In this document: positions 55,655 to 64,000 of the stretch, one piece after another
How positions within the stretch are numbered: position 1 is the stretch's first letter
How the letters are laid out: every line of letters begins with the position of its first letter
From: Bacteroidetes bacterium ADurb.Bin008
GTDB lineage: Bacteria; Bacteroidota; Bacteroidia; Bacteroidales; Tenuifilaceae
NCBI GenBank assembly: GCA_002071445.1
Contig: MWFE01000052.1
Span: forward strand, 95 to 64,094
Reading direction: 5' to 3'
Length of the DNA stretch: 64,000 nt
Notes under the pieces: generated by a model
The model's input: only the letters and a program-made list of their open reading frames with translations
What the model was told of the DNA's origin: nothing
Databases searched by the model: none
Position numbers and translations under genes: made by a program

Positions 55655-57448
55655 TTATTCTTTCTTAAAAGGTTGATACAGTTTACCCCCACCGGTAAAT
55701 CCGGAGTTTTTATAAAACTCTACAAAGATCAAACGCATGGGGTGTACCAGCGATCCAAGCGCTGCCATAAAGAGATTAATGGAATGCCCTGCAACCAGTA
55801 TGATGGCTGTAACAATCGCTCCAACAACTGGAATATCCGGCGCCATACCAAAAGCTAAGCTGTTGAATACATTCCCCAGGATTCCACTAGACAATCCCAG
55901 TGCAAAAAGTCGAATGTAGGAGAGCAAATCACCGAAAAGTCCTGTGGCCATGTTGTAGGTATCCCAAACACCAAGTCCAACATTGATTAACGGATTTTTA
56001 CCGGGGCTATTGAAAAGGAAAATACCTACAACAGCAACCCCAAGTATTATTTTATGGGCTAAACCAAACAATTCAACTCCCAACCCTTCAATCTGCGATA
56101 AGCCAAAAATAACTGCCGTACCAATAAGCAAAATCAGCCATCCAATTGTGGAGATAGAATATTTCCACCCTGACATACGGGCCAGGTTGAAAACTTTAAC
56201 ACACATGCCGAATACGATTTGTATTCCTCCTACTATCAATGCCAGGTTAAAGAGCTGACTTGGCTCCAGGAATAAATCCTTGAATTTCTGAATAATGGGT
56301 AGGTTAATGTCAACCATTGACACTCCAAAAAGCGTTCCCGTTAAAGTACCGAAAATAATGGTTGCCAAGGCCAATAGCTGAACCAACGAAAGTATGGAGC
56401 GGAGTTTTGGCATCTTTCGCTTTAAAAGTTGGGCCCCAATAAGCATAACCACTCCATAACCTGCATCGCCCAAACAGAAACCAAAGAACATCATAAAAAA
56501 CGGGGCAAAGAGTGGGGTTAAATCCAACTCGCCATAAATCGGGCTGGTGAAGAGACTTCCAATAGGCTCAAAAAGTCGGGCAAACTTGTTGTTTTTCAAA
56601 AGGATGGGCGCATCATCGGTTTTCTGAGCCTTTTCCGAAACGTAGTAAATATTTTCCTTTTGCAGGAAATCAACGAATTCTGCATTTCGGGGCTCGGGAA
56701 CCCAGCCATTCAAAACCATGACTGTATCTTCCGCTTGCCTGTCGGCGCTAAGTTGCACCGAATTAAACTCCAACTGGTTGCTAAGGTCTGTAACCTTTTG
56801 CTTGAGCAAAGGAATATTGCTGGCCAATACATTTATCCTATTGTTTATGGCTTCTGACCTTAGCCTATATCCATCCACTTCTGCCTGCTTTTCCACGTAG
56901 GAGTATGTAGGTGCCTTTAATTCCACTGCATCCACAGCAAGCGTGGCTTGCTCTTCGTGCTGAATCCAAACAAAGTAAACCTGCCCTGCTTCTGTGTGGA
57001 TTATCTCAACGGGATGTTCATCCAACGGGAATTCGGACATGGCCTTCTCGCCGGCAACAAAGAATTTGATATATAATCCCCTTGCAGCTAACTCCGATAT
57101 CAATTTTACATCGAATTTACCCCAAGGTTTTACATCCAACATCTCTTTTGTCGATTTACGAATCGAATTCTCTACCTGTTCCTTCTCTTTCACTAACGAT
57201 TCATATTCGGCAAGTACTGCCTCCGGATCCACGGCCTTCTCTTGATCTCCCTGTGCTTGACGGGTTGAAAGTTCTTTAATTGCTTGATTATAACGGCCAA
57301 TCTGTGCAATTAAGGAACGTTCTCCATCAGAAATTGTACGTGATTGCCTAACAATATCAACCATTCCCAACTCCTGCAACCTTAACAGGAACGAGTCGAA
57401 GTCGCGGTGATATACCAGGAATCCGTATTTAATCATTGGTACTATCAT
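55655..57448 (-). CDS. ntpI: V-type ATP synthase subunit I
   Basis: 597 aa. Soluble N-terminal half plus a C-terminal polytopic half with the conserved Arg region (LSYIRLFALGL). Confidence 0.88.
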   Translation of the reverse strand: MIVPMIKYGFLVYHRDFDSFLLRLQELGMVDIVRQSRTISDGERSLIAQIGRYNQAIKELSTRQAQGDQEKAVDPEAVLAEYESLVKEKEQVENSIRKSTKEMLDVKPWGKFDVKLISELAARGLYIKFFVAGEKAMSEFPLDEHPVEIIHTEAGQVYFVWIQHEEQATLAVDAVELKAPTYSYVEKQAEVDGYRLRSEAINNRINVLASNIPLLKQKVTDLSNQLEFNSVQLSADRQAEDTVMVLNGWVPEPRNAEFVDFLQKENIYYVSEKAQKTDDAPILLKNNKFARLFEPIGSLFTSPIYGELDLTPLFAPFFMMFFGFCLGDAGYGVVMLIGAQLLKRKMPKLRSILSLVQLLALATIIFGTLTGTLFGVSMVDINLPIIQKFKDLFLEPSQLFNLALIVGGIQIVFGMCVKVFNLARMSGWKYSISTIGWLILLIGTAVIFGLSQIEGLGVELFGLAHKIILGVAVVGIFLFNSPGKNPLINVGLGVWDTYNMATGLFGDLLSYIRLFALGLSSGILGNVFNSLAFGMAPDIPVVGAIVTAIILVAGHSINLFMAALGSLVHPMRLIFVEFYKNSGFTGGGKLYQPFKKE

Positions 57449-58047
57449 GCCTCTACCTCCATATTCTGCTGTCGGGTTTTCACAATTTTCATAGCCGATT
57501 TGGCAAGGTTTTCCTCGTCCTCCATAAAGCGTTTAATCTTCGTTATGGCGGTCTCATAGCCGGGTATTTGAACCTTCTCGTAAAGGTTAACCTTCTGCGT
57601 TGTTTTCTTGCGGGCATGATCCAACAGGTGCATCTTTTCCACATAGAAAACGCCCTCTATCCCTATTCGTGCCAATTCCTTCAGTATATCAACCCCTTCG
57701 GAATACCAGGGTGGACGGGCAAATAGGCTGTAATCCTTTACTTTAAAGATAACTTCCTTAAAAACAGGAATGCGTACACCGGCAATTTTTATCACGGTCA
57801 TCTCCACATCCTCAACACTAACAAGGCTGTGCTCGAACTCTCCCCAAAGTCTTACCATGTAATCGTATTCTTGGGTCTTTCGTAAAAGAGCATCGTCCAA
57901 CTCCTTAGCCTTATCTTTTGCCCGCTTCACCTCGGCACGTAGTGCCGACTCCTTATTCTTAAGAGTTGGCAATGCACGTAGGCGAATCCTAAGCTGCTTG
58001 TTAAGCTCGTGAAGTGATGTTTTATTAAACTGATACTTGATTGCCAT
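57445..58047 (-). CDS. ntpD: V-type ATP synthase subunit D
   Basis: 200-aa coiled-coil protein. The N-terminus (NKTSLHELNKQLRIRLRALPTLKNKESAL) is typical of subunit D. It has a 4-nt overlap with subunit I. Confidence 0.85.
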   Translation of the reverse strand: MAIKYQFNKTSLHELNKQLRIRLRALPTLKNKESALRAEVKRAKDKAKELDDALLRKTQEYDYMVRLWGEFEHSLVSVEDVEMTVIKIAGVRIPVFKEVIFKVKDYSLFARPPWYSEGVDILKELARIGIEGVFYVEKMHLLDHARKKTTQKVNLYEKVQIPGYETAITKIKRFMEDEENLAKSAMKIVKTRQQNMEVEA

Positions 58048-58058
58048 GATTTATGGTA

Positions 58059-59384
58059 TTACTGTTCAGCCGGCCAATACTTCTTAACAAACTCCTGCCT
58101 GATGGCAACCTCTGCCTTGGTAAAGTATTTGGCAAATAGTTCCCATGTTTGATTAAGCATGGCATCAATGTCAATATTGATATCAATGGCCAACAACCTA
58201 AGCGAATAATCGTGTGCAAATTTGAGGCATCGTTCATCGTATTCCGATAGGTCGAATCCGTTTTCCAGCTTGGTCTTTGCATTTGCAGCATCAGCATACA
58301 GCCTTACTGCAGCATTCATCACCTGCGGGTGGTCCTCCCTGGTTTTTTTACCAATAACCAGCTGCTTCAAACGCGAAAGGCTCCTGAAAGGGTCAACAAT
58401 TACCTTGTTGGTATCGGAATCCTTGCGAAGGAATAGCTGCCCTTCGGTAATATAACCCGTATTATCGGGGATAGCGTGGGTAATATCTCCACCCGACAGT
58501 GTGGTTACGGCTATAATGGTGATGGATCCACCATCGGGGAATTGCACTGCCTTTTCGTACACCTTGGCCAAATCGGAGTAGAGCGAACCGGGCATGGAGT
58601 CCTTGGAGGGGATTTGATCCATACGGTTGGACACAATGCTCAATGCGTCAGCATACAGGGTCATGTCGGTAAGTAGCACCAGCACTTTCTCATTCTTCTC
58701 CGTAGCAAAGTATTCGGCTGCTGTTAGAGCCATGTCAGGAACCAGAAGTCGCTCCACAGGAGGCTGCTCGGTAGTGTTTACAAAGCAGATAATCCTATCG
58801 AGAGCGCCTGCATTTTCGAAAACGTTTTTGAAATACAGGAAGTCATCGTTGGTCAGACCCATACCGCCCAAAATAATTTTGTCGGCCTTGGCACGGAGTG
58901 CCACGTTGGCCATCACCTGATTGTAGGGCTGGTCGGGGTCAGCAAAGAATGGAATCTTTTGTCCGGTCACCAAGGTGTTATTCAGGTCAATACCTGCAAT
59001 CCCGGTTGCAATCAATTCCGAAGGCTGCTTACGACGTAACGGGTTAACCGATGGGCCACCAATTTCCCTTGGAGCGCCTTCCACGTCGGTACCTCCAAAC
59101 AGGGGCTGTCCGTAGGCATTAAAAAAGCGCCCCGCTAAATCGTCTCCAACCTTTAGCTTGGGAGGTTCGCCGTAAAAGATCACCTCGGCATTGGTGGGAA
59201 TACCCTCAGTACCGCCAAACACCTGCAGGGTAACAACATCGCCAATTATTTTCACTACCTGGGCCAATCTGCCGTGCACCATGGCCAACTCCTCGTTGGC
59301 TACACCCTGTGCTCTAAGGGAACAGGTTGCCTTCGTAATGCCAACGAGTTGGGTATATATCTTTTGAAAAGCTTTAGTTTCCAT
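58059..59384 (-). CDS. ntpB: V-type ATP synthase subunit B
   Basis: 441 aa. The non-catalytic A/B-family core (GQKIPFFADPDQPYN, SMPGSLYSDLAKVYE) lacks a canonical P-loop. Confidence 0.92.
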   Translation of the reverse strand: METKAFQKIYTQLVGITKATCSLRAQGVANEELAMVHGRLAQVVKIIGDVVTLQVFGGTEGIPTNAEVIFYGEPPKLKVGDDLAGRFFNAYGQPLFGGTDVEGAPREIGGPSVNPLRRKQPSELIATGIAGIDLNNTLVTGQKIPFFADPDQPYNQVMANVALRAKADKIILGGMGLTNDDFLYFKNVFENAGALDRIICFVNTTEQPPVERLLVPDMALTAAEYFATEKNEKVLVLLTDMTLYADALSIVSNRMDQIPSKDSMPGSLYSDLAKVYEKAVQFPDGGSITIIAVTTLSGGDITHAIPDNTGYITEGQLFLRKDSDTNKVIVDPFRSLSRLKQLVIGKKTREDHPQVMNAAVRLYADAANAKTKLENGFDLSEYDERCLKFAHDYSLRLLAIDINIDIDAMLNQTWELFAKYFTKAEVAIRQEFVKKYWPAEQ

Positions 59385-59389
59385 TATAG

Positions 59390-61144
59390 TTATGCCTTTC
59401 TTTCGTTGATAATTGATTTAACTTCTTCTTCGAATTTAAAGAACTCCTCACTCTCATAAACAGAGTAGTTCATCTGTTTAAGGGAGTTGATAAGCCCTTT
59501 GTAGAAGGTTGAGCACTCTTCGAAATGTTCGAACTTGAACGAATTATCGCAAATGCCTACAATAAGATCGAGCATGAACTTCTGACGCAACAATGGGGTT
59601 GATGCGTCAATCTTATCAAATGCATCCTGTTGCAGGATTATAAAGTCGATAAGTTCGGCTTTCCAAAAGCGATCGTGGTACTCTACGGGAACGCCGTCAT
59701 CACCAAGGATGTTTATCTGTTCGTAGGCCTCCTTTCCGCGCTGTACATAGTTTTTGGCCTTAAGTACCGTTTCTACCCATTTTGCATCAATGGTTTCATT
59801 CAAATAATCAATAATTTCGGGGTATTCAAGGTATTTCGAATACGAATCCATGGGGTCAATTGCCGGGTACCTTTTACCATCGGCCCTTTGTTGCGACAGG
59901 GCGTAAAAACACCGTGCAGCCTTTTTGGTCGATTCGGTAACGGGCTCTTTCAGGTTACCTCCGGCGGGTGATACGGTTCCGATAAAGGTAACTGATCCGG
60001 TTTGTTCATTATTCAGGTAAACCAAACCTGCCCTGGCGTAAAAGTTGGCAATAACTGCCGGTAGGTCCATGGGGAAAGCGTCGGGGCCCGGAAGTTCCTC
60101 CAGCCTGTTGCTCATCTCACGGAGTGCCTGTGCCCAACGCGATGTGGAGTCGGCTAGCAATAACACTTTCAATCCCATACCCCTATAGTACTCGGCAATG
60201 GTCATGGCCGTATAAACCGAAGCCTCCCTTGCGGCTACAGGCATGTTTGACGTATTGGCAATGATGGTGGTACGCTCCATCAGCTTTCTGCCGGTTCTGG
60301 GGTCGTCGAGGTGCGGGAATTCCGCAAATATCTCCACTACCTCATTGGCGCGTTCGCCGCAGGCGGCAACAATGATTAGGTCTGCCTCGGCCTGTTTGGA
60401 AATGGCATGCTGAAGTACTGTTTTTCCACAGCCAAAAGGTCCGGGGATAAAGCCTGTACCCCCCTCGGCAATGGGGTTAAATGTATCGATGGACCTTACA
60501 CCGGTTTCCATAATTTTAAATGGACGCGGCTTGTCCTTGTATGCAGTGATAGCCATTTTCACCGGCCATTTTTGCTCCATCGAAAGGTTGATGCTGTTGC
60601 CTTCGCTATCGGTTACCACTGCAATGGTATCTTTAATCTTATACACCCCTTTTTCAACAATGGATTTAACGGTGTATGTTCCGGTGAGTTTAAAGGGTAC
60701 CATGATCTTGTGGTTAATCCAGTTTTCGGGTACCTCTCCTATCCAACATCCTGCCGTTACCTCATCGCCCACTTTGACGAGTGGTGTAAATTCCCAATCC
60801 ACGTCGTAATCGAGTGCATCGGTGTAATCGCCGGCCTTAAGAAAAATGCCGTCCATTTTTGAAAGGTCGTGCTGAAGACCATCGTAGTTTTTCGACAGTA
60901 GTCCGGGACCCAGGGTTGCTTCGAGCATATGGCCTTCAAATTCCACGGTATCGTTGACCTTTAAGCCTCGTGTGCTTTCAAAAACCTGCACATAGGCATT
61001 CTTGCCAATAACCTTTATGACCTCGGCCATAAGTTTGACACCACCGCGGTAAATGTAACATATCTCGTTCTGTGCAACGGGGCTATCCACTTCAACCGAC
61101 ACTAAGTTGGCGATAATGCCTGTTACTTTTCCTTTGGTTTTCAT
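59390..61144 (-). CDS. ntpA: V-type ATP synthase subunit A (catalytic)
   Basis: Walker A GPFGCGKTV. ADSTSRWAQALREMS. 584 aa with no intein-sized insertion. Confidence 0.95.
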   Translation of the reverse strand: MKTKGKVTGIIANLVSVEVDSPVAQNEICYIYRGGVKLMAEVIKVIGKNAYVQVFESTRGLKVNDTVEFEGHMLEATLGPGLLSKNYDGLQHDLSKMDGIFLKAGDYTDALDYDVDWEFTPLVKVGDEVTAGCWIGEVPENWINHKIMVPFKLTGTYTVKSIVEKGVYKIKDTIAVVTDSEGNSINLSMEQKWPVKMAITAYKDKPRPFKIMETGVRSIDTFNPIAEGGTGFIPGPFGCGKTVLQHAISKQAEADLIIVAACGERANEVVEIFAEFPHLDDPRTGRKLMERTTIIANTSNMPVAAREASVYTAMTIAEYYRGMGLKVLLLADSTSRWAQALREMSNRLEELPGPDAFPMDLPAVIANFYARAGLVYLNNEQTGSVTFIGTVSPAGGNLKEPVTESTKKAARCFYALSQQRADGKRYPAIDPMDSYSKYLEYPEIIDYLNETIDAKWVETVLKAKNYVQRGKEAYEQINILGDDGVPVEYHDRFWKAELIDFIILQQDAFDKIDASTPLLRQKFMLDLIVGICDNSFKFEHFEECSTFYKGLINSLKQMNYSVYESEEFFKFEEEVKSIINERKA

Positions 61145-61178
61145 GAATTATTCTATTTGATTTATTTCGTTATGTACA

Positions 61179-62030
61179 TTAAAATTCTTTGGGTAGGGAG
61201 TAGGATTCGCGAAGATCGTTAACCATTTTCTTAAACATTTCTGAGCCTATCTGTGCATCGAGTTTAAGCCAACGGTTAACAATGATGGCTTTGACAAGAA
61301 AGGCAAGAATCGCATGGATATTGAAATAATCGAATGTAACAATCTCATCTATTTTACTCCATTTAAGCAAGTCAATACGCTTTTCGCGTTCCATAATATC
61401 GTGCATATCGGCTATCTGGAGAAGCTGTTCAAGGTAACCGATCTCCTTTTTAAGGCCAAAATCGGCTGCCTGGCTTCGGGTAAGAGTATCAACAAGTTCT
61501 TCCTCGCCCACCAGTTGGGTAGCCACATCTATCCCCTGCTTACGACAATTTATTGCTGTAAGAACATTATTGAAATCGCGTAAAAACCCATACCAGTTCG
61601 ATATGAAATAATTACCGGATCCCATCATATACGAGAAGAAGTATTCCTGAAATACTACTTCCGGATTTTTCTCCACCTTGCTTTTGTAAACCTTAGTATC
61701 ATCATCCTCGTCACCTTCATTTCCCCCTTTGAAGTAACGATAAAACTCCTGTATGTACGATGGGAACATGCCGATATGCTCATCCAATTCGGCATAGTAA
61801 TTCTCGGGTATGGTTGAGTCGGGGTTAAACTGTTGATTTCGGTTAAAAATATGATTCTGGAAATTAGCGTTATCAAACTCAAGGAAGAGTTGTTCTACCT
61901 GCTTATAATCTGCAGGATGGAGATGGTCTTTCATCTCAGCCCTGAGCCTTTCCAGGCTAAAATCCTTGCGGTCCTGATCGATAAGCAGATCGGGTAAACC
62001 GGCAATCAAGTAGTGGTACTCTCTGGCCAT
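61179..62030 (-). CDS. DUF2764 family protein (V-ATPase-associated, putative subunit C equivalent)
   Basis: It sits between the E and A subunit genes, as in other Bacteroidota V-ATPase operons. Start at MAREYHYLIAGLPDL lies 1 nt after the subunit E stop codon. Confidence 0.65.
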   Translation of the reverse strand: MAREYHYLIAGLPDLLIDQDRKDFSLERLRAEMKDHLHPADYKQVEQLFLEFDNANFQNHIFNRNQQFNPDSTIPENYYAELDEHIGMFPSYIQEFYRYFKGGNEGDEDDDTKVYKSKVEKNPEVVFQEYFFSYMMGSGNYFISNWYGFLRDFNNVLTAINCRKQGIDVATQLVGEEELVDTLTRSQAADFGLKKEIGYLEQLLQIADMHDIMEREKRIDLLKWSKIDEIVTFDYFNIHAILAFLVKAIIVNRWLKLDAQIGSEMFKKMVNDLRESYSLPKEF

Positions 62031-62031
62031 G

Positions 62032-62649
62032 CTACTTACCTCCAAGAAGTAATTCAACTATTCGGGGGCGCATATACTCCGTAAAGAGGTTTTCGAAATC
62101 TTTCTCAGTAAAGCTGATGATGTAGCTGCCGTCTTTGGGGCCAATTCTAAAGCCGTATTTAATGTTTTTATCAGGAACTACAACAAATTCCTTATTGATG
62201 AGGGCATGGCTCTTCGACTTCAGGTAGTCGGTCAACTCCTTATTTATCGCCTCGGGGACAAGAACTTGAAGCGATATCTTCTGCAACGAGTTGGGATCCC
62301 ATTTCTGAATAGCGGTTTCGATAACCTTCTTAATGAACTCAACTTCCTTCAATGCATCCATTAAAGGGGCCTTTATCACCTGTGCTTCAATGAGTGCAGA
62401 TAAGTCCTGTTTCAAACCGTTTACAACCTGACGGGCAGAAATGGCAACCTCGGTTTCCACATTCTTCTTATAGTCGTCGGCCTGTTTTTTGGCTTGGGCT
62501 ACAATTTGCTCAGCCTCTTTGGTGGCATTGGCAATAATTTTCGAAGCATCCTCCTTGGCCTTACCAACAATTTGGGCTGCCTCTTCGGTTCCCTTAGCTA
62601 AACCCTCTTTGTATATCTTCTCAGTTAGCTCTTGTAACTTGTTCTGCAT
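62032..62649 (-). CDS. ntpE: V-type ATP synthase subunit E
   Basis: Long Lys/Glu/Ala-rich N-terminal helix (KIYKEGLAKGTEEAAQIVGKAKEDASKIIANATKEAEQIVAQAKKQADDY) plus a globular C-terminus. It is the first gene of the operon. Confidence 0.8.
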   Translation of the reverse strand: MQNKLQELTEKIYKEGLAKGTEEAAQIVGKAKEDASKIIANATKEAEQIVAQAKKQADDYKKNVETEVAISARQVVNGLKQDLSALIEAQVIKAPLMDALKEVEFIKKVIETAIQKWDPNSLQKISLQVLVPEAINKELTDYLKSKSHALINKEFVVVPDKNIKYGFRIGPKDGSYIISFTEKDFENLFTEYMRPRIVELLLGGK

Positions 62650-63000
62650 AGTAGTTCCTCCAAATTAATAAAATTGATTTCGGTTTTAGTCAATGTCTAT
62701 TGTTGAAATATGGTGATGAAATTAAAAATATTTTTTAAGAAAATGCATCTTGTTTGCAAATCTAAAAATAAATATGAAACATTATTTTAAAATTTAAAAA
62801 AAAATAGTTCTTTTTTTAAAGAGCTTATATTTGATATTTTAGAAATATTTTGTACAATGCGATGTGAAATTAACTTTTATAAGCAGGGGTCCATAATTTG
62901 AGTTTAAGCGATTTACATACTGGTATTGAACTTCGCTATTGATTCGATAATAGTTGTTCAATTTTAACCTTAACGTTATACAGAATCTTTTTTAAAAATC

Positions 63001-63900
63001 ATGAACTCGACTAACAGCAATAAAATTCTTGTGTGCATTGATTTTCAAGAGCAGTCGATGAATGCACTGCATCAATGCTACGATTTAGCCCGATTTGTTA
63101 AAGCTGAAATATTGTTGCTTTACGTTATTGAGTCACCCGATTTGTTTTCGGGATTTACCCTGTCAAATATCGAAAATGCAAAGAGGGAGGTTGAAGAGAA
63201 GTTAAAAAAAATTGTAGAAAAAGAATGTTCCGCCACAGATATACTCTTCTCTTACGCTGTAGAGGTTGGTAAGGTACCTGAATGTATCCTCAGAAAGGCC
63301 AAAGAGCAAAAGGTTAACTTTATCGTAATGGGGAAAAATGGCACAAACCAAGGTCTTCGTAAATTTCTGGGATCCAACACTATAAAAGTTCTCAGTGAAT
63401 CACCGTGTCCGGTAATCACCCTTAAAGGGCGTTACAGCATTGGGTTTAAAAATATTGTACTGCCATTAAATTTGAACAAGGGCACACAGGAGAAGGTGGC
63501 CCATGCCATTTCTTTCAGTAAATTTTTTGGTTCTCATATCCACATTGTTTCTGTACACTCAGGAGGCATTGTATTACCTACAAGCCGGATATTCAATAGG
63601 TTAAAAAAAGTACAAAGGGCATTCAGAATTAATGGCATTGCCTCTACAAATAAACTTTTCAGGAGAACGAAAAAGAACGACCACGAACACGTATTGGACT
63701 ATGCCAAAGAAATTAATGCTGATTTAATCATGGTAATGGCGCGTGCCGAAGGACGACATTGGGATCACTACATTGGCAGTTTCGCGTATAGGATAATCAA
63801 TGAATCTGAAATACCGGTTCTTAGCATCATACCCTTTACCACTCAAAAGCATGGCGAAACGTTTGTGGAGGCGATGGTTGACCCTTTCAACCTATTTTAA
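63001..63900 (+). CDS. Tandem universal stress protein (two USP domains)
   Basis: ILVCIDFQEQSMNAL...FIVMGKNG and a second module NIVLPLNLNKG...LIMVMARAEG. Confidence 0.7.
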   Translation: MNSTNSNKILVCIDFQEQSMNALHQCYDLARFVKAEILLLYVIESPDLFSGFTLSNIENAKREVEEKLKKIVEKECSATDILFSYAVEVGKVPECILRKAKEQKVNFIVMGKNGTNQGLRKFLGSNTIKVLSESPCPVITLKGRYSIGFKNIVLPLNLNKGTQEKVAHAISFSKFFGSHIHIVSVHSGGIVLPTSRIFNRLKKVQRAFRINGIASTNKLFRRTKKNDHEHVLDYAKEINADLIMVMARAEGRHWDHYIGSFAYRIINESEIPVLSIIPFTTQKHGETFVEAMVDPFNLF

Positions 63901-64000
63901 ATCTTGTGTTATATTTCCAAATTATTATGCCTGAACAGTGTTAAACGAAGTTTGTCATCGTTTTATACAAATATCCGTCGCATATATTCTTAAATAGCTA

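Overview
This 64-kb chromosomal segment has clear Bacteroidota hallmarks: a SusC/SusD pair, a T9SS C-terminal sorting domain, a V-type ATPase operon containing a DUF2764 gene, and TAnnTTTG-type -7 boxes. I count about 45 densely packed protein-coding genes. I found no rRNA, tRNA, CRISPR array, transposase, integrase or phage gene.

Gene content, left to right:
- a 1.18-kb repeat-dense non-coding stretch, then tilS
- an alpha-glucan (starch/maltodextrin) utilisation locus: GH65 phosphorylase, MFS sugar transporter and LacI regulator on the minus strand; SusC, SusD, SusE/F-like and a T9SS-tailed GH13 amylase on the plus strand
- envelope and housekeeping genes: PagL-like, DUF2807, CoA-binding, ABC-F, rlmB, MscS, alanine/glycine symporter, M1 aminopeptidase, TonB-C protein, ffh, folD, OPT transporter
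- an ATP-cone/PD-(D/E)xK nuclease fusion followed by a MarR gene
- fabG and a YdiJ-like FAD/Fe-S dehydrogenase
- a 1185-aa periplasmic beta-propeller sensor fused to a SpoIIE/PP2C phosphatase, lying directly downstream of sucD
- a TPR protein, argS and a tandem USP protein
- two divergent paralogous methyl-accepting chemotaxis proteins (MCPs)
- a COG1900 / NIL-ferredoxin / COG2122 cluster of the sulfide-dependent homocysteine type known from methanogens
- a 7-gene V-type ATPase operon and a second tandem USP

Most of the window is ordinary core genome, and I cannot point to one unambiguous new system. The items I think deserve a second look are:
- the orphan divergent MCP pair and its phased-repeat control region
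- the ATP-cone-nuclease/MarR pair
- the Reg_prop-YYY-SpoIIE sensor
- the homocysteine cluster and its 635-bp upstream region
- the repeat and hairpin families at the left edge

All functional calls come from reading motifs by eye; no database search was run.
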